DNA of 64,000 bases from Aplysia californica (Eukaryota): contig NW_004797342.1 of assembly GCF_000002075.1 (NCBI RefSeq), forward strand, positions 521,640 through 585,639, in the 5' to 3' direction. The notes under the pieces are model-generated. The model was not told the origin of the DNA and did no database searches. It worked only from the letters and a program-made list of their open reading frames with translations. The translations under genes were made by a program, and so were the position numbers. Positions within the stretch are counted from its first letter, which is position 1. Each line of letters starts with the position of its first letter. Positions 34,786-48,411 of the stretch are shown here, one piece after another.

Positions 34786-37555
34786 GAAGGATATCTCATG
34801 TGATGTAGACTTATTTCTGAGCTATGTAGTAATGAATCAGTAGTGAAAATTGAATGCAGACTCAAACTAGGTACCAGAAACTACATTTTCAAAGTAGTTG
34901 TATGCCAAATTTATCTGTTCCATATGAAAGGCCTATATCCCCTGAGCATTTTGGTTCCATTCTTTAACTTCTCAGTCAATTTTTAAGAAAATGGTAGTTG
35001 TTAAAAATTTGATCAAATTTGTTAAAGTCGCTCCCAGGCTCCAGCCCCATGTTTGACAGATAATAAAAGAGTACTAAGTGCACTATACATCTCCACATTA
35101 ACAGAGTACAATCACCATAACATATGTATGGAGCCTAATTTTTTTCAAGACTGTGAGATCATTACAAATCATTATTTTATTGCCTCAATCACGATGATCT
35201 GTCGTTATTTCGACAAAAACACTGAGCGAGTCGGCCCTATACTGTAGTGTACCCCGCGTGGAGCGTCACATGCTTTCTGAGTTTCGCGGAAGAATCGATG
35301 CAAAATAATTGCAAGCTGATTACTTTATTCTAATAGGAAATATACTGATCTTGCTATTGGTACGTTTTTTGAGTCGGTATTTTACATATGTTGTGTAATA
35401 AATGATCTTTTAAAATTTTGGCGGTATTTTTAAAGGCTTTCTATTTAAACACCAAAGGCCAAAAATATACCTCGGGAAAGCACGTTCAAAGCTCTACAGT
35501 TCACCGCCAATGAAAAGACGGTATTAGTCATCAATCTTTCCGCAAAGCATTTGAATGCACGCATGTCAGTTTTTGAACCGGCCGACCACGCATTCCGACC
35601 ACAAGGGGCTTTGCTTTCCTCGGCGATTCTCCGGCTCCTAATAATCAGACATATAAACAACTTACACCGTTGTAACAAGGAAAAGCTGAACTTTTACTAG
35701 GTGTATGGCATTTGGTGTTTTGTAACGAAAGAGCAAAGAAACAGCGATGGGAATTACCCTGATTTCACCAATACAACGCGCTCGGAAGGCCACAAGTGCC
35801 CGCGAGGTCGTGTTTACGCTACCTACTCAAACATTTTATTCACACATTTGAAGGGTGTTTACTTTCTTAAATCTGTTTTGAAATTATGTACCAGACACTT
35901 TCTTTGATTCCTAAACAGGATGTCTCATGTCTTGACTAGTAAGCCATCCACTGGTCATATATAACCCATAGCTTTCTATTTTGTAATCTCTGGCATTATT
36001 TCCGCCTACATGAAAAGATCACTCTGACAACTTTTGATATAGGCCTACCTATTTTGTACTTCTTAATAGTATTAATAGCAAACGAAACTGCTCATTACTC
36101 TGGGCATTTTGCAAAAAGTGCATATATATATATGTAGAGAGAGAGAGCCTATATATATTTGAATTTTTTTGTGTGACCATGACTGTTGTATCATTTTTTT
36201 TGCTGGGCTTTTGCAGCTCAGTCATTGTTTATTTTTTACTTAAATTTGTATTGCTCAACGTAGGTAGGGCATCAACAAATATAGTGTCTTACCTTAAAGA
36301 ACTGTTGGTTGCTGCATTTATCTGTAAGACTGGAGTGACAAGTGATTCAAGGTACACACCATGTGTTGTAATATCCAGATCTTTAATAAATCAGCTGGTC
36401 AATGAAGATGGAAATATGTTCAATAGAAAATCCTGTTTGGCATTACTTCCAGTTTATTGGGCTGTATGTTGCACAAATAATACAGGGCTATACTTTTTGA
36501 CCCAATTTTTTGAAAAATTATAATACGAATGTATTTTATATGGTATATTATTCAGTTGTAATGAGGACCAGTTTTAGTTTCAGAATGTTTTCTTTGTTTT
36601 GACTATTTTGGGGAATTTTTCAAATTCAGTGTCTATGAATACCTTGCGTGTGCTAATCTCAGTTCTTACAGAGTTATGAATGCCTAACTGTGTGTTAAGA
36701 GAAGAGGGATATGAAAGGGAAAAAGCATCTGACAAAGTCTCAGACCTTAATACATGACAGGACCAAGAACTGACACTCACTCAGGGTCAGATAATTAAAG
36801 GGTGGAGTATACTAGTTAGGAGTACATCTTCTATACCTAGCAAATATTTGACAACTCACATATTTATGCAGCTTGTCTTCTGTTAATTGATGTTTCTTGT
36901 ATTTACACCAAGTTAATTTTAGGGCTTTTTTTTTGCTTTTTGTTCGGATATTTTCTCACTCCGCAGCTCTCTATATAATATTCAAGCATGACTGTACCAA
37001 GTAGAAAACATAATCGTAATCTCAATATGAATATGTGAATCTCTATAAAAGCGAGAATCTCAGAAGTTCCTTCTCTTAAATCTCTAAACATGCTCCTGTT
37101 TCATTTTAATTTAATAGATCTGATCTCTCTGAATCTCTACTGTTCAACTGAGAAAAGTTTTTTTTCTAAATTCTCTGTACAAATTGTTTATGATGCTTTA
37201 GTGATACAAAAAAAGATTATAAAAATTCACTGCAATTTTTCCAGTGAGTTTGGTCTTGGTATAACTGAATTACTGCTGAGAAAAAAGTATATGTTTCTGA
37301 CCTGCTACTGCTACGTAAGCATTTTTGCTGTGTTATATAGTGTGGGTGAGTCCAGCCTTGTGCCAAAATATTGGCAAACAGATGGCCGGAATTCTCATTC
37401 TCACTTTCACCCATATGTATTTATTCTGACATAGTGACATTTCTGTGATTTGTTTTATACGTTTTGGGTACAAGCCCTTTTGTTATCAATGTCAACATCT
37501 TTGTCTTACTTCTATCATGATATACAGAACATAATGATAACAGATGTCTTTTACA

Positions 37556-37772
37556 GATGTCTGTGGTGTAGCACTTTGGTGCTTTGCTGTCACAGGCAGG
37601 AGACTTGGGTTGGATTCCTAAGTAGGGAGAATTTTTATCAAGTGTCTCTATCTTTCTGCTGGGATTCTGTATCCCTCTCAGCTCGGGTTGGCCCTGACAA
37701 GCAGGGTCAAAACCTACCTCCTAAACTAAATGATCTAAACAGTGTCGATGGGGGCGTAAAACGCCTGCCAGG
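37556..37772 (+). mobile_element. SINE family B copy, in the inferred ferroportin 3' UTR
   Basis: Matches 17767-17970 (cgggttggccctgaca...gatgggggcgtaaaac). Confidence 0.75.
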
Positions 37773-40074
37773 TATATTTTAAAAGTGAAAAAAAAATTAG
37801 ACTGATATCTTTGCTGTATTCAGAATATTGTTAAGTTGAGCAGACAATATGTGATTTGTGGAAACAGTGTGCCTTTTGTTGTTTCAGTGATGTTAGCCTA
37901 CATGGTTGTAGATTTTCAAAAATGTTTCTTTTCTGTTCAAGTGTAAATGTAGCAGCTTGTTGATACTGTACAATCATGTCTGTTACAGCTGCAGTCAAAA
38001 ATGGACTGATACAATAGTAAAGTTGTACACTTTATTTCATCTCATTCCTTGTGGGTAATGCCAGAACATCTTTAATTTCTCCTAAAAGTTGGAGGCCAAG
38101 GCCACATTCCCTTTTCTATGATGTCACCGGTGGACTTTGAATGTGTTTGTGAATTTCATGCAAGAGGCACAAAGTTGTAGGAATATATTTAGCAAGAATG
38201 TTAAGACGGGAATTGTCATGAACATCCTGCAGGTTTATTCTCTATCTTTATGTCTCTTTTATTTTATGCAAATAACGTGTTATTGTGTTGTTCTTAATCA
38301 AAGTGAGTGCTTTTTCTTTAATAGGAATGAAATATGAAAATCAATCAACTTTTCCTTTCTATTTTGTACTTCAATTAGGAATGTTGAAAATTCATTCCCT
38401 ATAACTATATTCAGCTGGTTTTATTCACATTGAATTTTTAATTTTGTAAATAATGTAGTGTCCTCTGGGAAATATTTGGTAGCTTTTCTTGTCTTTGTAT
38501 TATCTTACCTAGTAATTAGACATGGTCAGATTATTTCAAAGACATCACTTGGTTAGGAGTGAGGAGTAAAGAAAAGAAAAGGCGACTGGGATTGTACACC
38601 ATGGTAAATATCACATGTGTTCATTACAGCTCATCATGTTCATCTGTGTTATGTTACCATTAGAAGGGTGTCACTTGATAAGATGGTCAGCGAGTGGCTG
38701 TTTGTACATTTTTAAAGGTTATACTCATACTCATAGAGCTAGATACAAGATTATTCCTGCTTACTTTACAACTGTTGTTGGGTTTATTTTAATTTTGATT
38801 CCTTGCTACCTCTTTTGTTTTTAGTCTTGGGGTTTATCCTAGATAGAAAAAGAAGTAAGTTTTTAAAGTGAAAGTGAAAAAAAGAAGTGATAGAAAGAAA
38901 GTTTCTTTCTTCTCTTCCATTTGTATTGAGAAAATCTCAACCTGTGCAATGCTCAATTTGAGGAATCTTATTCCACTGTTGTCTTTACATAATGCCTTTT
39001 AATGAGTATCTGGTAAAGAAATTAATGAAACTTTCAATCATGTGACTTTTCATTCCTTGTTTTGGGAGTATAGGAATGGCTGTGCTTGGTTTTATTTTCA
39101 GTTTTGATTGGAATTTGAAAGATTCTAGTATTGTGTGCCATTAAGAAAGTAAATCTCTTGCTTAAGAGATGCCATTAGCAACTTTCTTTTACTAAAAAAC
39201 ACTTGTTATTAACGGGCATTTTTATTATACCTCTACTAATAATACTTTTTTACGTTTGCAGTAAATAAAGTAACAATGGTTTTTTTCTGTTTTGTGATTA
39301 AACAGAATTTCCTTGTTTCTTGGCTGGCATGGTGCTTTAAGAGGATTTTCACTTAATGATGCTTTATATGGTGACGTTTTTAGTGACTCTTTTTTAAGTT
39401 CTACTACAAATTTGGGTGTGCATTTTAATATTTTGATCAATATTACATACTGTTGAAGTACAGCTTTGTTTACTTTACTGTAAGGTTGATTTTAGTTGGT
39501 TACTGAGGTTATTAAGCTCTAATCAAAATTTTTACTTTTTCCACTCTGTTACTTAGCAGTGTCAAGGGGAGAAACAAATGTAGTCGTACGTCTTTCTCAT
39601 GTTTTTTATATTGCCTGTTGCATGGTTGTGTTGTTCTTGACTAATACTTCTCTGACCCCTCTATCCAACAAAGGCATTTCTTTTCTTATCAAAGTTTTTT
39701 TAAAGCTAGCAACAAGAGTAATGACTTGGAATTTCCTTTATAATTAAAGAACCATTGATACATGTAATATAAGTACATGTATTATGTGAGTGGTAAATGA
39801 ATTCATGATCTGATCTGTTGCTCTTTCCATTGCTAGCATAATAATAGCCTACTCATGCCCAGTGAACTGCGTGCATCTTGTTCCAATACTATGTGTATGA
39901 GATTATGAGATGTTATGTTCAAGGCTTATACAAATATAATACTGGAATTGCATATTTTGATTCATGGTTTTGTTGTTGCTAGCATAACTGAAAAAGTGAA
40001 ACAGCTGTTACTGTATGCCTGAAAATTTTGCGTGTATAGTGTATACTCTTTCTAAACTAAGTTATTTCTTATGG

Positions 40075-40080
40075 AATAAA
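40075..40080 (+). terminator. Candidate distal poly(A) signal of ferroportin
   Basis: AATAAA with a downstream GT/T-rich tract, where the T-rich strand bias ends. Alternative AATAAA sites exist, e.g. 35062. Confidence 0.45.
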
Positions 40081-40702
40081 ACTATATATTTTATACTCAA
40101 GCAAAATTGTTTGAAAGTTGCTAATCAAGAATGTGAATGAGTTGTCCTTTATTATGTTTTTATTTGAGTTTGAGAGGGAAGGGAGGTTTTTGGACCTTGT
40201 CTTTATTCACAATAAGGTGGCGGTGGTGATGTCCCTGAAGATATGATAGGATCCTAGGCATATGAGACTGAGTAGCTCTTCCTTGTTGCATGAAAAATTT
40301 GAGTTCAGTTCCCATGGGAGAGTTATTTATTACAGAGCAAAGGTGTCAAACTCAACCGCACAGGGAGGCAACATTCAAATCACACATAAGGCAGAACTGG
40401 ATAAACACTGGAAAACTAACCTTTTTGCCAGTTTGTCAGAGACAGATGTTCTTGGAATCTTTTATTGGCAACAAAGTTTTTAATGTCTGGAGTGAGGTTA
40501 TGTTATTGAAATTCTCAGGATAGACTGCAGGTGTTCATCAGTGAGAGACTCCTGTGTGGTTTGTTAATCTTGATCACAGAGGACAGCTGCTCATGCAGAA
40601 ACGCAACAAAAATTACTCATCGAGCAGGCAGGGCATCACTTCAGGAATGAGATAGTTGAACTGTGTGAGCCCCAAAATGTCACACAATGTACTTTGCTTT
40701 TA

Positions 40703-41686
40703 CAAGGGGATATCAATTTATATAAGTTTTTTACCTGAGTATGAAGGAGTGGAGCTATGAACTTGAAATTTGGTATGTAGACACTTATTTCTCTTTGTAG
40801 TCACCAGCCGCAAGAACACATTTTTGCCAGCAATGAATGACCTTGAAAAGTCCTTCAGAAAAAAATGATAACTTTGTCAGATGAATTCTGCACTTTGGCT
40901 TTTTTGGGGGATGGGGGAAGACAGTGTTTTCTGTTTTATTGAAGCAGATTTTGACTCTGGGTCGAAGTGATAGACCCAGCTTTCATCCATTGTTACTAAA
41001 CGGTAAAAAAAGTTGTAAGGATCTTCATCAAACATGTCGATCATTTGCTGACTGCACTGGGCTCTTTGTTCTTTTTGATGACGGGTGAGGAGATGGGGCC
41101 CCCTTCTTGCAGACACTTTCGACATATTCAAATGATCATGAAGAATAGTCCCAACTGATCCATAGCTCAAGCCAGTTCCAATACAAAGTTGTCCGAGAGT
41201 AACGCGCCTGTCGTTCAGCACAATCTTCTTGACTTTTGAAACATTTCTTCAGTCACGACTGAGACAGGGCGACCTTCTCGAGGGTTAGCTCTATCTTCAA
41301 TGGATATGTTACCATTGAATCGCTTGCACCAATATTTGACCGCATCATAGCTTGGACAGATATCTCCCTACACTACTGACATTTCATCGTGTACAGACCG
41401 TGTTTTTTTTCCTTGGAGATGAAGGAACTTCATCACAGGTCACAGCTCTCATTAAAATGTTTTACCATTTTGTGAACAAAAATAAAAAATGCTAATCATG
41501 CCTTCAAGTATTCATTTTCAAGGGAGATGTTAAAGTTAAACTACCTGCTGTACAACCTGAACTATCGGAAATTCCTAATTATTAGTGTTCATTTTTATTT
41601 TAGATTATCTTGAACCTGTTCAAATTTCAAGTTTGTAGCTCTACTCCTTCATACTTCTGTAAAAAAAACTTATTGATACCCCCTTG
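40703..41686 (-). mobile_element. Internally deleted mariner transposon
   Basis: TA TSDs, ~65-bp TIRs (caagggg.tatcaat...), transposase remnant ILHDHLNMSKVSAR..PHLLT...LVTMDESWVYHFDPESK. Confidence 0.9.
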
Positions 41687-41871
41687 TAGTCAGCACCAAT
41701 CTGTAAATGTACAGGTGAAGTTTCTAATTCGATAGTCGATGGGTTGCACAACAGCTCGAAATCACTTTTCTGTATTTCAAAGCTATTTACTAATTTACTG
41801 GATGATTTTCCATGAAGCTACTCAGTAGAAAAGACAAAATATACATTAAAACGAGGAAACATTTGATGTAG

Positions 41872-42275
41872 TAGGAGTTTTATGGCGCTCACAACTGCAT
41901 TAGGTCACTCATATGAGTGTGCAGGACAAATTAAACATTTTCAGTTTTGGTAAGAATTAACTTTGTATTTTGCCTGGGAGGCGGCCGAAGCCTACTCTTG
42001 TCGTTTTTTAGACCACTAAGGGATCTTTAATGTGCACCGCTTGTACATGGGACCTCCAAGATTTTTTTGCTTTTATCCAGGAAGGCTAGGTGTGTTAGAT
42101 CTTACCTACCCTAAGACCAGGGGTGTTGCTGAAAGACAGCAAGAAGAAGGAGACAGGAGTAGCAGTAGAAAGAGTCAGGAACCCTGAAGAGGGGGGGAAA
42201 GGGGGGGGGGGAGGCGGACGGAAAGTGGACATGAAAACAGATAACAGAACATGACTAGAGAGATGAAAAGAGAAA
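41872..42275 (-). mobile_element. SINE family A, degenerate copy
   Basis: Reverse-complement match to body and tail. Confidence 0.8.
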
Positions 42276-42779
42276 ATTTAGGGAAGAAAATAGGATCATA
42301 GCACACCTGTAAGAGAGTCAACCCCTCTGATGGTGGGAGAGTATACATGAAAACCTTTGTTCAAATCCATGTATTTGATACAGTACATATTTACGTGCCT
42401 CTGGTATATCATCTCTACCTTCTTTGCTTCTTGTGTTCTCTTACCATTGGGCCTTGAGCATTGCTTTCAAAATTACATATGAAGGGCACAAGGAAAAAAA
42501 CAACGATGTCAAGTGTTGGTTTTTTTTATTTTCTGGGTTATTGTCCCAGCATGATGCCCGGCTGGGTCTGCTTTAGTCCATCTGTGTCACATTCAGAAAA
42601 GCCAATGCTGTCCCGTCTATGTGAGAGTTGGAAAATATTGATCTAGCTCACAATGGAAGAACCAGCAATTTCAGGATGTTAACAACGGAAAAACAAGCGA
42701 CATCAAGCATACTTTTCTTTGTTGCATCCATTGTGACCAATCAGTGACGATATTTCAGTAAAAAATGGTGATATGGTAT

Positions 42780-42990
42780 AGGTTTAACACCCCTGTCAAC
42801 ACTATTACGTTATTTAAGAAGCGGGACTTCGAGTGAAATGTCCATCCCCGAAAGGACCGAGCCAAAAAGAAAATTCATGTAAAGTGCCTTTCGCAAGGAC
42901 ACAACGTCGGACCGAGCTCAGGCTCGGACCCCCGCACTGGTCTTATATGCGCTGCTAACCTATGTTATGCTAGCCTAAACATCTCAGCAA
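42780..42990 (-). mobile_element. CORE-SINE-like fragment
   Basis: aagtgcctttcgcaaggacacaac reverse-complements to the CORE-like gttgtgtccttg...ggcactt. Confidence 0.55.
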
Positions 42991-42994
42991 ACAA

Positions 42995-44160
42995 TTTGGC
43001 AAATCATTGGCAGCTATCTTTCTTTTCCTTTAAAATCTACTAAGAGATGAAACAGTGCACCTGTACTGTTACGAGACAGTCAGCAAAGAGGGTGGAGACG
43101 ATGTGGCCAGCATGCTGCTAAATTACTGTCTACAAATTCTGCCAGCTGATGCGACTGATGCGCAGGCCAGAACAAGAAATGGACGGTGATCTGGTTTCTC
43201 TATCATGTTGCTGTCCATCAGGAAAGGTACGAAAAAGTGAAAATCTCATTTCCAGTGAGAGACCAGAGCTATATGGAATGCAACAGAGACATGGCAGTGG
43301 TGAATGAGAAGGTCTCTATCCAGCCAGTTGGGTGGAGCAATTCGAGACAGCCCTTCGGAAACCCACGCTGCTCCAGGTAGTAGGGAGATAACAAGCCGAA
43401 TTCCAGAATGTGTCAGAAAACCTTCAACCTCCTACCATGTCTCCTGCCTTATACCCACTTGGCCTCAGTTTGAAATTTGCATCTCACAGGCCCATCCACA
43501 GCTAATGCAGTACTGAGAGAGCATGAATGGTCCGTTTCACACCGCAATCATTATGAAGCCGCTGCAAAAGAAGCGCGCCGCAAGACTGTAACCCCTGAAA
43601 CCCCTCTTTTAGAGCCTGCTGACCATTAAAGCTGCCAAATATGCAGACATGAAGATCTTAAAGGTGATCTGGCCTGACAGCTTTTCTCCAAATTGCCCCA
43701 TACTGGAGAACCAAGGGCCACCAGTCTGATGACTCAAGAGTCGTCATCCAAAAAAGAATATTAAATTTTTTTTCAATAAACATAGTAAATATTAAATGGT
43801 GTGCAATTTATTTACTTGTTTGAACCATTTAGTTTTGTTTGTATTTACAAAAGAGTAAAGAAACTCACAATTCCTTGACTTCCTAGAAGTAGAAGATGGA
43901 GACCTTGCCAACAGCTTACAAGGGAAAAACCAGCAATGTCAGTTGGCAACATCATTTTAAAAATTTTTCTCTCACCGAAACACCCATCACACTAGGACTG
44001 CAAAACTTTCTCATTTTCAACACAAATGGTCATACTTGAAGTCAACGTAAACAGTAGAGAAATCATTGTAACAGAAAAAGATTCGTGTCTGAAAAGTTTG
44101 TTTTTCAATTATCTCGGAATGGCAAAAACCTGACATCGCCGTTTTTCCCTTGTGCCTTTC
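42995..44160 (+). mobile_element. Sola-like DNA transposon 3' fragment
   Basis: AGQNK.WTVIWFL and FPVRDQSYMECNRD remnants resemble the DNC.GQNKN and GHS...CDRDF motifs; internal inverted motif aagggaaaaac..c.atgtcag. Confidence 0.55.
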
Positions 44161-44163
44161 ATA

Positions 44164-44607
44164 TGTGAGGCATCGTGGTGGAATCAGGCGCTCGTCAAGA
44201 TAATGTATTTGAAGAAAACACATTTTTTTCTGCCAGTTTGTCAATTTTTATCAAATTTTTGTTTTTTGTCCCAACACCTTTTATGTCCACATAAAAACAC
44301 ATTTCCACGTGGATTTTACTGAAAAACATTGATAAAAAGCAAAAAGTATGTACACTTTAAGTTTTCAAGGACTGTCAAGCAACTGAGTTTACAAACTTTG
44401 GTGGCCATTTTCTCGCTAATTTTACCACTGAAACCAAATTACCCCATCTCCTTCAATCGTAATATCTCGACTTCTGTCTACTTCTGTTCAAGATAGATGG
44501 ATATTTTTTGCGTCAAATGCAAGACAAATGAACCAGGTTTATGATGATACTAATAACTCCATATGTCCAAAAATTGACGAGCACCTGATTCCACTGCACC
44601 GTGACAA
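44164..44607 (-). mobile_element. MITE family C copy
   Basis: Same TIRs and body in reverse orientation. Confidence 0.8.
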
Positions 44608-44755
44608 ATATATAAAATGGGGTTCAAATTGATACAGAAATATTTCTAATTTTTTTTTGTTATTGCCTTCATCATATTGACAGGAATGTCTGGCAAAAAT
44701 CCAAAAGAGATTTGAGAGAAAGAACAAACAAATAGAACATTCAAGAATACAAACT

Positions 44756-44761
44756 TTTATT
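44756..44761 (-). terminator. Candidate distal poly(A) signal of the WBP1/VOPP1-like gene
   Basis: AATAAA on the minus strand followed by a GT/T-rich tract (aagaacaaacaaa on +). Confidence 0.4.
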
Positions 44762-45621
44762 ATTATTTCACTTGGTGTGTAAACATCTCACATCAATGTC
44801 AAATCGTGTAAGAATTGCAAAATCTTGTCTCTCACATACTTTTTATAGACATTTCCACGTGTGTCACAATAGAGGAAGTCATAATGATGTACAAACATCA
44901 ACGCACTTCTAATCGAATAACAATGATTTTGATTGTTTCCTTCTAAAACTTTAACAGGAGGAACTTTAAACAGCCACAAGTATCTTTTTTTCATTCAGAG
45001 AAAAGCATTCAACAGGACTATGAGAATATCTGCAATAAGGAAAGCCTAGCTAATAATTCAAGAAACTCACAAGGAACATCTACATGAAATCCAGATGACA
45101 AAATGACTAAAACAAAATAATACAATGCATTTGAATTCTTAGACTACTCCTCCAAATGAGAAATATAAGCCATTGTTGGAGAAAATGAATGGCAAGCTAT
45201 TCCACAATTTTACACCCGGTGTTGTTCGAAAGACATGTCCTTTTATAAAGCATAATACACTTGCTTTTGAAATTTAACATGTCAAAATGCAGTGAATAAA
45301 GAAAAGAATGAGTACACACTGCACTTGTACTTGTAAAATAAAGAACAAGAAAAGGGATTTTGTGGATTTCATTTGCCCCCCCCCCCCCCTTCCCCTAAAA
45401 AAAAAATTTAATAAATATAAATAAATAAATAAATAAAAAATAAATAAATTTAAAAAATCAATAACTTCTTCACTTATTCTCACAACACAGTAAAAGAACA
45501 ATCAAGCAAAAGAAAGAAGAGTACAACCGTTAGAACTAAACCTTATGTATGAATAAATGAACGCTGCTAAATCCTTCTTTATCTCTCTTGTTCTCCCTTT
45601 CTGCATCACTTATTTATATAT

Positions 45622-45928
45622 CTAGCTGGGTTTCCGTTCGATGAACGGACTCAAAAGAATCGATCGTCAAGTCAATGTGGGACCAGTGAACGGAAGCCTC
45701 ACAAGTTTACAATGTCGTCTTAGAAGACGGACTTTCCCAAGATTAGATCTAAACGAAACTAATGAAAAACTAAAAATTAAACTACAGTGACTTCAGACTC
45801 CTCAGTAAAACTGTGCACCCTTTAAATGATTCTAAACCACCATTGATTTTTTCAAATTCGAAAGTTAAGTGGTTCCGAAGTTTTAGGCGGCCAAAGTGAC
45901 GGACTTTCACAAATATAATATGTATAGA
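45622..45928 (-). mobile_element. Non-autonomous Helitron (~307 bp)
   Basis: The minus strand starts TCTATAC and ends CTAG, with a perfect ccgttc-N3-gaacgg hairpin (45634-45648) just upstream. Confidence 0.75.
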
Positions 45929-48411
45929 TTCTGTTGGCACTGAACTTTATGTCACTTTTTAGTAGAAACCAGGGATATATACTCATCAGGCCTCAAAATA
46001 TAAACTAAGGTAGCATTCAATAATAGTAAAAGCATGACAGAGGTGGATTTTCATGATTTTGAACATAAGAATTAAAATTGTCGGTTTCAATCGCTAAGCT
46101 AAGCATCATTATGAAATATTCTGGAATTGAGACATTGCTTTCCAACTCCACTTTTTTTTAAAAGGGACCATCCACTCTCTTCAGATTTGGTTCAAATGAT
46201 CTTGAATAAATGCACGTCAAGAGTGTGTAGGTAACACAGCTTTTATGGGTGGTCACAGGGGTATGCTCCAGAGCTAAAAGACAGGATGCTGCACAGTGAC
46301 GACCAGCTATGACAAGTAGATTGTTTAAGTTAGTGATATTCACCACTGTGTTTTATTCATGCACTTATTCATCAATGTACTTGTGTATTTATGTTTGCTA
46401 TTTATTGTATACAAATTTTTCAAGTGGATCAGTAAAGCACAATTGCTTTTTTTTTTTTTATTAAAATTTTCATTTAGTGGATATAATCCAAAGAAGTGAC
46501 AGCAAGACTTATCAGTTAGTCGCAAAAATCCCAAAACATTTTCTGTGGATAAAAAATCCAGTAACTAATAAGGTAGCCCCGACACCTCTGGAATTAAAAA
46601 CTTACGTTTCTTTTTCCATTCAGCACAAAAAAGCCCTCTATATTTCCTAAGTAACATTACAAGTCCGACTAAGTACTTTGTGGAAAGGAGTCCTCTGTGA
46701 ATATAAAGTACAAAGGATATAGGTTAAACAAAGATAAATCAATCCTATTACACTGGACTCTCTTCCTTTGTCAAATGAGACTTGCACATTGATACTTATA
46801 TATAGCAATACATATATATAAATGCAATAGTATAGTAACAAACACGTGCACAAATATCCATGGTTTAAGTGAAATAAAAAGTCTTTGTAACAACAAGTAC
46901 AGGAATAGACAAAATGATTTGCATAGTCTTCAAATCTGACTGCAGCAAAGAGGGTAAAGGTCACACTTCAGTTGAAAAAATGAGATATCGGTTTGGCAAG
47001 AATATCAAAATCATAAAGAAAGTTGAGAAGGCAGGTCCTACAATCCTCCTTTTACAATAGTAATTCATACAATAATAAAAAACAAAAATAAAACAAAAAA
47101 ACGAGTATCAACCCTACAGAAACAAAGATCCATATGACACAAAACAGAGGGAATAACCAGTAAAACTCACTCCCTCTACCATTATACTTAAACACAACAC
47201 TGGTTCACAGGAAATGTCCCTGGTCAGAGCTTCTGTGACACCAGGAAAGAGGACAGCTACATAAAACAAATATAGTTTTTCAATGACTAGTATGTGACAG
47301 AGATATAGGATCTATTAAATTAGCTTTTACTCTGATTATGAGTCTGGATCAAGTATAAAACCTTCACTGAGCATCACAAACAATGCTACTAATGTGCATT
47401 CCCAGCTCTTTAATGAAGTTTAGAATTGATGTGCTTTAACCGAGCTTTTTGAAAGCTGCTCTGAACCAAATACTTCAAAATTCTGTATGTAATTTCAGAA
47501 AGTCTAAGTTAATATGTAGCTTCTAGCTAAATTCTGAAAAGCTTGGAGATCTACTCTTGTTTCATTCCTTTATAAAAAAACATGCAAACAAATCTGTGTA
47601 AAATGCACAGTGGGAGACCCTTTCCTCAAATAGAAATAATAATGCATCACTGCTACAGAGAAGTAAAGTACTCACAAGCATGATGTGTATAATCATAAAT
47701 GATAATGTGTGTATATCAGGGATAATACAGAGACTCAAACATTGCAAGCACATTAAAGGCCCTCACATGAGGTAGGAGGAGGAAGCAAATCACCAGAGGA
47801 AGAGAAAAATATCAAATCTTTTCTTTGAGGGGAAAAAATGTGCTCAAGTTCTGAGGGCAGTTCAAAACATTAGCATCCAAGGCAAACAAAGCACTTGAGG
47901 ATTTACCATGCATTTCATGACATTCATTTTATATAATCCGCCTCCTTCATAGAACAAGTCGAATTAGTCAAATAATTTGCCTTATAAGGCATTAACTGCA
48001 CTACACATTTTTCTTGCCAAAAAATACTTATTATGACACAGAAGTGTAATCAAAGACCAATTTGCAAGACAATGTATTGACTGAAAAGGAAAGGTCCATC
48101 AAATCTTTCCATCTCATCTCTGCCAAAAGAACAAGGGTGGAAAAGTCACAACAAAGCAATTCTGATATCCACATTAATCCTTTTGTAAAATGCCAAAAAC
48201 CCTCCACCTTCCATTAATAATTTTGGAAATATTGCACAAATTAAATGCCAAGCTTTGAATTGGGCCCAGTTTATCTGGCTTTGCAGATTTTTGACTATTT
48301 TACTTTTCGATATTCCCAACAAACCAGCAGACACACACACACAAACACACATTCACAAAAACACTTGCACACCATTGCGCATTAACCCTCCTAGTGTCAA
48401 TAGCTGATTAA

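Noticed and set aside
34783-34803. TGA readthrough or selenocysteine at the ferroportin stop
   Set aside because: No CAR-YYA readthrough context or recognisable SECIS, and another TGA follows after five codons.
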